Of a stretch of 8,443 nucleotides of DNA, positions 1 through 7,245 are shown one piece after another. This stretch comes from Octopus sinensis (taxonomy: Eukaryota). Where the stretch lies: the NCBI RefSeq assembly GCF_006345805.1, contig NW_021828382.1:1-8443 (forward strand). The letters are read 5' to 3'. The number at the start of each line of letters is the position of its first letter. Position 1 is the stretch's first letter. Below the pieces are notes generated by a model. It was not told the origin of the DNA. It saw nothing but the letters and a program-made list of their open reading frames with translations, and searched no databases. A program made the position numbers and the translations under genes.

Positions 1-124
1 AGGACCAGTTTTGGGTTCAATCCCTGTGCGGGGCATTTTCGAAAAAGTGTCTTCTATATTTTCGGACTGACCAAGGAAATGTGAGAGAATTTGGTAAACG
101 GAAACTGAAGGATGTACGTCTATA
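1..124 (+). mobile_element. Decayed 5' half of a SINE (family A in this window), cut by the window edge
   Basis: GGGTTCAATCCC at 13-24 resembles a B box. The following ...cttctatattttcggactgaccaaggaaatgtgagagaatttggtaaacgg aligns with the reverse complement of 5161-5225 (cttctatagccctcggccgaccaagaaccttgtgagtggatttggtagtcgg). Confidence 0.6.
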
Positions 125-145
125 TTGATTGTGAACAATGTATTT

Positions 146-478
146 TATGGCTCAGTGGTTAGAGCGCCAAGCTCACAATCATGATTTAGTGAGTTCGATT
201 CCCGGAGCGGGCTGCGTGCTGTGTTCTTGAGCAAGACACTTTATTTCACATTGCTCCAGTTCACTCAGCTGTAGAAATGAGTTGTGACGTCACTGGTGCC
301 AAGCTGTATCGGCCCCTTTGCCTTTCCCTTGGATAACACCAGTGGCGTGGAGAGGAGAGGATGGTATTCATGGGCGATTGCTGGTCTTCCAGAAACAAAC
401 TTGCTCGGACTTGTGCATCGGAACTTTCGAAATGCAATCCAATGGTCATTCATGACCAATGGATGGGGGGGGGGGGTC
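146..478 (+). mobile_element. tRNA-derived SINE with CORE-like central domain
   Basis: A box TGGCTCAGTGG (148-158) and B box AGTTCGATTCC (192-202) at tRNA-like spacing. Central tgttcttgagcaagacactttatttcac...cagctgtagaaatgag resembles the CORE-type SINE domain. There is a 3' hairpin tggtca-ttca-tgacca, and (TA)n follows. Confidence 0.85.
148..202 (+). promoter_or_regulatory. Internal Pol III type-2 promoter (A box and B box) of the SINE
   Basis: TGGCTCAGTGG at 148-158 and AGTTCGATTCC at 192-202. Confidence 0.8.
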
Positions 479-491
479 TTTGCACTTTATC

Positions 492-534
<43 letters not shown>
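492..534. repeat. (TA)n microsatellite
   Basis: Directly visible. Confidence 0.98.
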
Positions 535-536
<2 letters not shown>

Positions 537-714
537 TTCACCCGTTTACTACTGTTTAATTTCATTATCTTAACTCACTCCAAGTGGAGCAAGAACACGC
601 ACGCGAAAGCGAAAAGTGTCGCTGAAGGGGTCACAGACATGTGACGAATGATTTTCGGACAAGAACATGAGTTAAAATAATAAAATAAAAAAACAGTAAT
701 AAACGAGTGAAGAA
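534..714. mobile_element. ~180-bp element bounded by 24-bp inverted repeats (MITE-like or Penelope-type inverted terminus)
   Basis: 534-557 ttcttcacccgtttactactgttt versus 691-714 aaacagtaataaacgagtgaagaa, which is its reverse complement with 2 mismatches. No unambiguous TSD because the flanks are TA/A-rich. Confidence 0.65.
617..661 (+). ncRNA. Degenerate minimal type I hammerhead-like motif
   Basis: tgtcg-CTGAAGG-g-GTCAC(agacat)GTGAC-GAA-tgattt-t-cggaca. Stem II is a perfect 5-bp helix and stem I is imperfect. A9 and A15.1 deviate from consensus. Confidence 0.4.
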
Positions 715-802
715 AAAAAAATATATAGTGCGTGTGTTTAGCAAAAAAAATTTTTTAAATGACCGTCCCAAAATACAACAATATCTGTTTCAACTCACAA
801 CT

Positions 803-851
803 TATATATATATATATATATAATATATATATATAATATATATATATATAT
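803..851. repeat. (TA)n microsatellite
   Basis: Directly visible. Confidence 0.98.
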
Positions 852-869
852 GGGGCAAGTACGTATCTA

Positions 870-980
870 TATGAGTGTATGTGTCATTGTGTCGCATTTG
901 CCCCACTGTCGGTTTGTTTCTGTCTCTGTAACTTTGCTGTTGTTTGGCATAACACACCAATATAGCTACCAAACTTAATA
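870..980 (+). mobile_element. Possible highly decayed middle segment of SINE family A
   Basis: Weak similarity of tgtttctgtctctgtaactttgctgtt...tatagctaccaaacttaataa to the reverse complement of about 7700-7780 (tgtttacacccccgtcaattagcggtt...aataagtactaggtttacaaa). Confidence 0.35.
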
Positions 981-1026
981 ATCATAGTAGTAGTAGTAAT
1001 AATAATAATTAATAATAATAATAATA

Positions 1027-1063
<37 letters not shown>

Positions 1064-1118
1064 AATAATGATAATAATAATAATGATATGATAATAATAA
1101 TAATAATAATAATATAAG

Positions 1119-1153
<35 letters not shown>

Positions 1154-1157
1154 TAAG

Positions 1158-1241
<84 letters not shown>
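976..1241. repeat. (AAT)n/(GAT) imperfect trinucleotide microsatellite
   Basis: Directly visible. It accounts for the poly-Y/poly-I ORFs at 884-1255 and 1009-1272. Confidence 0.98.
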
Positions 1242-1305
1242 CTGATGCAGTACATGCCCTGATGCAGTACATGCCCTGATGCAGTATTATGCCCTGATGC
1301 AGTAC
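1242..1305. repeat. Tandem reiteration of a 17-nt unit (CTGATGCAGTACATGCC), about 3.7 copies
   Basis: Units at 1242-1258, 1259-1275, 1276-1293 (18-nt variant ...GTATTATGCC) and a partial unit at 1294-1305. Confidence 0.95.
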
Positions 1306-1841
1306 CAGGCAGTGGCTATCATGGCTTTGATCTTAACTGATTGGAAGTGTTATCATGTACATTGTTTTGTCTTGGTATAAAAGATGGGCTACAGCAAATA
1401 TTCTGCTCAATACACAGATTTGCTTGTCAGTGGTTGACCTTAACCAGTTGAGCATGTCCCTTAGTGGCTGACGATATGTGCATCTCTGATCACGAGCAGA
1501 AGTAGTGGGGGAGCATCATAGCCATGTGTTGAGAGGGATTCTTTGGGTTTGAATAGTTCACCTCTGGAAACATGGGTGGTTCTTTCAACATCCTTAAGCA
1601 ACCCTTATTCAGGGACCGTTTGAGCGGGATGGGCTACTCAACCTGAAGAAAATTCTAACTGGGCCCCACCTGCAAGGTCATGTGCTGTTTATCTTGATAT
1701 GAGATCACCATGTTCGCGCACATATGGTTGTGATGCATGTGCCTGGTGTACCTTTATCAGACGGGTAGTCATGATGGGTATATTGGGCTTCGTATATTTT
1801 ACCCCAGTGTCACTTTGATGGCATGAACTGCTCTCTCACTC
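1242..1841. mobile_element. ~600-bp non-coding interspersed element flanked by (AAT)n on both sides (probable non-autonomous retroelement)
   Basis: Complex sequence with sharp boundaries between two AAT tracts, no ORF and no TIRs. I recognise it as resembling a high-copy octopus repeat, but this is unverified. Confidence 0.6.
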
Positions 1842-1901
1842 AATAATAATAATAATAATAATGATAATAATCATGATAATGATGATGATGATGATGATGA
1901 T
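1842..1901. repeat. (AAT)n grading into (GAT)n
   Basis: Directly visible. Confidence 0.97.
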
Positions 1902-3612
1902 TTCATTTATTTGCCACCAGGGCATAAAGTATGGGGGTTTACGTATAATAAAATGATGAAAAAGAAAAAAAGGGACATATACATAGCATACAAAAGTTTT
2001 TAAAAAAATTGGCGGGGATGCAGGAACGCCTCTAGAGATAATCGAGGAATCCCACTGTCCGAGATTTCTTTGAAACCCCGGAAGAAAGTGCCCTCTTCAA
2101 TTCCTTCTCTCCGACTCAAAGATCTACACTTAGAGAGGTACCATCCACTCTTTCCATTTTCGCATCTTTCACCCACCTTTCAATAAACTCACTCAAAGAT
2201 AGCACTTCCCTCTTCACTCTCAATTTCCTTGAGAGCTCTACCAAAAAGGAATGTATCTGTCTTCATGCCTTTCATCTTGTCCACCAAATAACCTCTTTCG
2301 CCACAGCCACCAACCAAAGGAAAACTACCTTGCCTGTCCGATTGAAGGAGGGCGGAGGGGCGATCATCACTACAGACTCGACCGATAGACGGATTTGTCG
2401 CACACGTGACAGCAGCTGTTCGACATAACACCCACAAGTCACCAGACGCTGAACGAGTGTGTGCAGAACGGCTTCGCCAGTCTGTAGGCACCACGGACAA
2501 GTTCGTCTGACAGCACATCCGTGCCTGTAGAGTTTATCTCGAACCGATAGTGCCCCCCCCCCTTCCCCAGTAGCACTACCAGGTCAAGAACATCTGGAAA
2601 TTATCCATGATAGTTCCCGACCGGAAAGTCCTCCGGAACAGACTAACCAGTTCATGTTCGTCGGCGACCAGAGTCACCCCAGAGAACGTCGTCGCACTTC
2701 CCCGTCACTAATCCTCTATAAATTTCTAAAGTGGAACATCCACCGATCCAATTGCCCGTCTGATGGAGGGTTGTGAGCGCCTGACGATATTCTAGAGGCC
2801 AGGCGCCCAGTCTCAGTCTTTTCTACACCTAGGACCACAGTTCCGTCAAGGAGACGAACTGCATAAAGACGATCTGCGGGAAGACGAGCCTCACAAACGG
2901 CGCCCACACACGCTCACCGTCCAGAAATCGTGGCAGGTGGCGTAACCTTCGAGCGTGTCTTCGCATTGCATACCTAATCCGTCACTCAAAGGATGCTGGC
3001 AACAGATTGGATGCCTGACCATTGGAACGCGTCGCTTCTACAAGAATGTAAATAGGGGATGCTCCAACCTGGTCATGCAGGAACCGGAACAAGGCACAAC
3101 GGTCAGGAGATAAATGATAACGGAGACAATGTAGACATTCGCCACCTCTACTCGACCTTTCAGGGACAGCTTCCTCTCAGTCCATTTCTGGATAAGAATG
3201 GTCACCTTGTTTGCCACCTTGTCCTAGCTCTTATCAACCTAGAGATCTGGCCCCAACCAGACCCTCAGCAATTTAACTAGTCCGTCGTTCTAGTGTTCGA
3301 CGACGCCGTCCAATGGCATCAACCTGCCTCTCCAGGGGCCCAACTGCAAACCCACTGGTTTGTCGGCGTTGATTTTAGCCCCCGCAACCGACTGAGCTTC
3401 CTTTTAGGACGGTGCCAACCGTATATATGCTGACACTGTCCTTCCGTGTCCCAGTTCGAAAGGGATGCCGTTTAGCTGTTCCAACTTCCACAACAGTGGC
3501 TCGAGTGCCAATACGTACACAATAGGTGACAGCGAGTAGCCCTGACTGACCGAGCGTGAGATGCCTAAAGCTTCCGATAGGTGCCTATCAACTTTGATCA
3601 CTGGGCGGGTGC
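1902..3612 (-). mobile_element. 5'-truncated non-LTR retrotransposon, L1 clade (Tx1-like)
   Basis: Decayed ORF2 on the minus strand, a ~210-nt 3' UTR, AATAAA (1906-1911, minus) and then (CAT)n. The truncation falls inside the RT domain, so the endonuclease and ORF1 are absent. Confidence 0.9.
2116..3612 (-). pseudogene. LINE ORF2 remnant: C-terminal part of the reverse transcriptase plus a CCHC-type zinc finger, with multiple stops and frameshifts
   Basis: Manual translation. RSVSQGYSLSPIVYVLALEPLL matches RT motif B' (QG.PLSP.L). VSAY at 3425-3436 has ADD missing. After a frameshift it reads GAKINADKPVGL...LLRVWLGPD...KWTERKLSLKGRVEVANVYIVS...CCQHPLSDGLGM, then MRRHARRLRHL..., CPWCLQTGEAVLHTLVQR (2446-2499) and VAVAKEVIWWTR, ending at TGA 2116-2118. 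Confidence 0.9.
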
Positions 3613-3616
3613 CGCT

Positions 3617-3697
3617 AATCTATTCGAAGAAAATCCTTCATAGCGGTGTCCCAGCATGGCCGCAGTTTACTAACTGAAATAGATAACAGATAAAAGA
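3617..3697 (+). mobile_element. 3' end fragment of SINE family A
   Basis: gcggtgtcccagcatggccgcagtttactaactgaaa matches the reverse complement of 7632-7670 (ggtggcgctccagcatggacgcagtcaaatgactgaaa) and of 4283-4320. Confidence 0.8.
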
Positions 3698-3736
3698 TTA
3701 AGGATAAGATATATTGGTAAAGCAGTCCCTTATCAC

Positions 3737-3782
3737 ATTTATTTATTTATCTATTTATTTATTTATTTATTTATTTATTTAT
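3737..3782. repeat. (ATTT)n microsatellite
   Basis: Directly visible. Confidence 0.97.
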
Positions 3783-3901
3783 CTCGCATAATGTTTGACA
3801 CACAATCTCCCCGTTGACAAGTGGTTATCTAAATGCCTTTCGACGAGCCGATCACGTATGGAACGTCAGTGACGATAAGTGTGTTGAACCAGAGTTGACC
3901 T

Positions 3902-3908
3902 AACGACA

Positions 3909-3950
<42 letters not shown>

Positions 3951-3963
3951 GCTGCTGCTGCTG

Positions 3964-4001
<38 letters not shown>

Positions 4002-4074
4002 ACTACTACTATCACGTCGACGAAGACGACAATCTCACGCACCACTACCACCAATACCACCACTACTGTTACCA
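3902..4074. repeat. Compound trinucleotide tract (CTA)n-(CTG)n-(CAC/CTA)
   Basis: Directly visible. It accounts for the poly-V/poly-A ORF at 3866-4075. Confidence 0.97.
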
Positions 4075-4144
4075 TTTGTACTCTGACCTAAAGACGGAAC
4101 ATCTGGAGTTTTGCATGTTATGTGCATGCGGTTCCACAAACTAG

Positions 4145-4250
4145 AACAAGCTAGAAATAGCAGCCAGAACGTCCTCTAATCACACCCCTATTATATTAGA
4201 AGAGAGAAACGGAAGTTGCCAAGAGACGATTACATAATGTAGTTTTTTTT
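4145..4250 (+). mobile_element. Decayed fragment of an interspersed repeat (family B, copy 1)
   Basis: gctagaaatagcagccagaa (4150-4169) is shared with 6613-6632 and 7260-7279. Boundaries are approximate. Confidence 0.5.
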
Positions 4251-4267
4251 TAAATACACTTAATTTT

Positions 4268-4365
4268 TTTATTTCTCTCTAGCTTCAGTCACTTGGCTTA
4301 GGCCATGCTGGGGCACCACCTTGCAGGGTTTTATACGAACGAATCGGTCCCAGTGTACTTTTAGA
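4268..4365 (-). mobile_element. 3' end fragment of SINE family A
   Basis: ttcagtcacttggcttaggccatgctggggcaccacctt parallels 7633-7671 (ttcagtcatttgactgcgtccatgctggagcgccacctt). Confidence 0.8.
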
Positions 4366-4424
4366 ATCGGCCCCCTCTGTAATTTTAACAAAAAATGCGT
4401 ACATACATGCTTACATACATACAT

Positions 4425-4799
4425 CGTAGTATTCCGTCGGTTACAACGCCGAGGGCTCCAGTTGATCCGATCAACGGAACAGCCTGCTCGTGAAACTAAA
4501 CGTGCAAGTATTTGAGCACTCCACGGACACATGTACCTCGGAGGAGATTCAGCACGTGACACAGTGTGACAAGGCTGGCCCCTTTGAAATACAGGTACAA
4601 CAGAAACATGAAGAAAGAGTGAGAGAAAGTTGTAGTGAAAGAGTACAGCAGGGTTCGCCACCCCAAACTCCCTGCCGAAGCCTCGTGGAGATTTAAGTCT
4701 TTTTGCTCAATAAACACCTTGAACACCCAGTCTGGAAATCGAAACCGCGATCTTACGACTGCGAGTCCGCTGTCCTAACCACTGAGCCATTACGCCTCC
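4425..4799 (-). mobile_element. Apparently full-length tRNA-derived SINE with (TGTA)n tail
   Basis: Minus strand starts ggaggcgtaaTGGCTCAGTGGttaggacagcggactcgcagtcgtaagatcgcGGTTTCGATTTCC, with the A box at 4779-4789 and the B box at 4734-4746. A 3' palindrome gttgatc-c-gatcaac lies at 4461-4475, and the tail is (TGTA)n at 4400-4424. Confidence 0.88.
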
Positions 4800-4800
4800 A

Positions 4801-5160
4801 CACACACATGCATACATACATACATACATACATACATACATACATACATACTTACATACATACACACACACACACATACATACACATACATACATACATA
4901 CATAATATATATATATATACACACATACATACATACATTCATACATAAATACATTCATACATACATACATACATACATACATGCGTACATACATACATAT
5001 ATACATAATACGTACATACATGTATGCACGCAGGCATACATACATGTATACATGCATGCATACCTACATATATATATATACGTGCGTGTGTGTATGCGTG
5101 TGTTTGTGTGTGTGCACGTGCATGTGTGTGTGTGTATGTGTGTGTGTGTATGTGTGTGTG
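4801..5160. repeat. Compound (TACA)n/(CA)n/(TA)n/(TG)n tract
   Basis: Directly visible. It accounts for the MYVC/HTYI-type ORFs at 4703-5352. Confidence 0.97.
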
Positions 5161-5296
5161 ACAAATCCGACTACCAAATCCACTCACAAGGTTCTTGGTC
5201 GGCCGAGGGCTATAGAAGATGACAACTGCCATGGGTGCTGCGGAGTGGGACCGAACCCGTAACCATGTCGTTGAGCAGCCCACGCCTGCACCTATC
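5161..5296 (-). mobile_element. 5' half of SINE family A, with internal deletions
   Basis: Minus strand contains GGGTTCGGTCCC (B-box-like) followed by the ...cttctatagccctcggccgaccaagaaccttgtgagtggatttggtag body shared with 1-124. Confidence 0.75.
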
Positions 5297-5388
5297 CTGA
5301 ATAGAATAGAAAAGGAAAATAAATACCAGTGGTCACCATCATAATGTTGCATGAGTCCAGATCTGCAATATAAATATCAAAATAATGG

Positions 5389-5425
5389 CAACCACAACAG
5401 CAACAACAACAACAACAACAACAAC
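5389..5425. repeat. (CAA)n microsatellite
   Basis: Directly visible. Confidence 0.97.
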
Positions 5426-5453
5426 TTTTATCACCACGTTAACATCACCTTAT

Positions 5454-5524
5454 CACACACACACACACACACACAAACATACACAGACACACAAACACAC
5501 ATACAAACACACACACACACACAC
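5454..5524. repeat. (CA)n microsatellite, imperfect
   Basis: Directly visible. Confidence 0.97.
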
Positions 5525-5658
5525 GGCAGCCAGAAACACAAGTGATGTCTGAGACTTTATTAAGTGCTCACTCGAGTAGGGTTGGGGGTGGGATAGCAGC
5601 TAAATCTTCCTCATATCATCATGAAGTCTCCTGTAGATAAAACAAAAAGGTGTAAATT

Positions 5659-5668
5659 ACACACACGT

Positions 5669-5699
<31 letters not shown>

Positions 5700-5729
5700 T
5701 ACATACCTACATACATACATACACACACA
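5659..5729. repeat. (CA)n/(TACA)n microsatellite
   Basis: Directly visible. Confidence 0.96.
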
Positions 5730-6038
5730 AAGAAAAAGTAAAAAAAAAAAAAAGCTGGTTGGTCACGAATGGCATGCTTTTGATCAGAGGTCATCTCTGT
5801 TAAGACTGATTTGTGAAGGCTAAGTAGTAACCGTAAAATAAAAACACACAGCCGCTTGTTTTTCTTCTTTTTTTTGTTTCTTTTTTGTTTGTTTTTTTTT
5901 TGTTTCGGCCTTTCATCACCGAGGTTGTCGTCACAGACGCTGTTGCTGTCGCCATTTTGTCGTCTTCTGTTAAGACAACACTTAACAGAAACAGATAGTT
6001 AACTTATTTATTACATTACTCAGCAACCAAAACACATC

Positions 6039-6502
6039 GCCACCACACCACCACCATCACCACCACCACCACTACTACTACTCTACTACTACTACTATAC
6101 TACTATCTACTACTACTACAGCAAAAACAACTTATAGCTACAACAAACGCTACCAATACAAACCACTTCCCGCCTTTTACTATCCTGCCGCCATTACCAC
6201 AGACGCTGTCGCAGCCGCCGCCGCCGCCGCTGACACCACTAGCACACAAGGAAAACAACAACAACAACAAATATCGCAACGAAATCCTCCATCGCCACCA
6301 CCACCACCACCACCACCACAACAACAACAACAAGCATAGTAACAATCACCGTCTCTATTATTACTGGTATTACAACCTTCAGCACCAGCTATCACCACCT
6401 CCACCGCCACCACTGCCATTACCGCCACCACCGTCACCACCACCGTCACCACCACCGTCACCACCACCGTCACCACCACCGCTACTGCCACCGCCGCCGC
6501 CT
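6039..6502. repeat. Long compound trinucleotide low-complexity region (CAC, CTA, CCG, CAA)
   Basis: Directly visible. It accounts for the three overlapping minus-strand ORFs at 6103-6648. Confidence 0.93.
6425..6481. repeat. 12-bp minisatellite (CCACCACCGTCA) x 4.75
   Basis: Perfect units at 6425-6436, 6437-6448, 6449-6460 and 6461-6472, plus 9 nt. Confidence 0.95.
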
Positions 6503-6601
6503 ACGCGGCCTGCGCCGCCTTTAGTATCCCCACCGCTGACGTTGCCTTCAGCATCACGAACCACCTCCACGTCGGAGCAATTGAAGAACCCACACACGGT
6601 A

Positions 6602-6690
6602 AGCTTGGACCTGCTAGAAATAGAAACCAGATATCTTTTAATCCACATTACACATACTTAAAAAAAGGGGACATAGCTCATTGGATAATA
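6602..6690 (+). mobile_element. Decayed fragment of repeat family B (copy 2)
   Basis: gctagaaatagaaaccagat at 6613-6632. Boundaries are approximate. Confidence 0.5.
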
Positions 6691-6697
6691 TACGTAT

Positions 6698-7075
6698 TAT
6701 CGATCTATTGCATTTCAATCTGTTTTAGGGTTAAGGTTAGTTAGGGTCAGTTAGGGTTAGGATTAGGGGTAGAAGTGGGGGAATGGTATCTTTTTTTCTT
6801 CAGAAAAGTAAATAAACCCAATCTGCTCTAAACGAGGGACATATTCATACGGCACGAATGTTTTTCCCCTCAATAGACGTCAGTGATTGGTTGATTGAAA
6901 TTGCAGAAATTGAAGAAAAAAACAGCAAATATCTTACAAACTATAGAATTTTCTCAATAAAGCCAAGAGAAAAAGATGTTTATAAAAACACATTCTACCA
7001 GTATACGAAGTTTGAAAGTGTTTAGTTACGTGGAAATTATTTTTAAAAAACTGCCGGTCAAACCGAAAAGATCCT
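6698..7075. mobile_element. Left-truncated non-autonomous DNA-element-like repeat carrying internal TTAGGG-like repeats
   Basis: TTAGGG-like array at 6725-6768 within complex sequence ending aaaactgccggtcaaaccgaaaagatcct (7047-7075), which I recall as a terminal inverted repeat of an octopus repeat. The partner TIR is not present in this window, so the TIR call is unverified. Confidence 0.5.
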
Positions 7076-7157
7076 GGAATCCAAATAAATAAGGCAGTCA
7101 CGGCCGAAATGTTTTTCAATCATATATCTTGTGCAGCCAATGTCAACCTGGAACTTT

Positions 7158-7178
7158 AACAACGACAACAGCAGCGGC

Positions 7179-7222
<44 letters not shown>

Positions 7223-7232
7223 CGACAACAAC
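7158..7232. repeat. (CAA)n microsatellite
   Basis: Directly visible. Confidence 0.98.
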
Positions 7233-7245
7233 TGAGTCTTCTCTG

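Noticed and set aside
146-220. Possible tRNA gene (also 4730-4799, minus)
   Set aside because: A and B boxes are present, but I could not form a convincing acceptor stem or cloverleaf, and both continue into SINE bodies.
884-1272. ORFs of 123 and 87 aa rich in Y, I and L
   Set aside because: They are translations of the (ATT)n microsatellite strand.
1242-1305. CRISPR-like or iteron-like direct repeats
   Set aside because: The units are head-to-tail with no spacers, and the context is eukaryotic.
1469-1510. CTGACGA hammerhead core word in the AAT-embedded element (also CTGAAGA at about 1643)
   Set aside because: There is no downstream GAAA with a closing stem II and no stem I complement. 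The CTGATGC in the 17-mer also lacks A9 and GAAA.
2189-3280. ORFs 2189-2518, 2716-2907 and 3059-3280 as independent genes
   Set aside because: They are off-frame or antisense readings of the decayed LINE ORF2. Only short parts coincide with the true frame.
3820-3880. Minus-strand CTGACGT...CGAAA spacing reminiscent of a hammerhead
   Set aside because: A9 is absent, and neither stem I nor stem II pairs.
4703-5352. MYVC/HTYI repeat ORFs (also 7387-8036)
   Set aside because: They are tetranucleotide and dinucleotide microsatellite translations.
5800-5960. CAAAATGGCG start-like or YY1-like motif on the minus strand (ATG at 5955)
   Set aside because: The frame closes after about 50 low-complexity codons through a poly-A tract, and there is no other promoter or exon support.
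6103-6648. Gly-rich, Val-rich and Trp/Leu-rich minus-strand ORFs (GGGD repeats)
   Set aside because: All three frames are open over the same trinucleotide tract, which is the signature of low complexity rather than coding.
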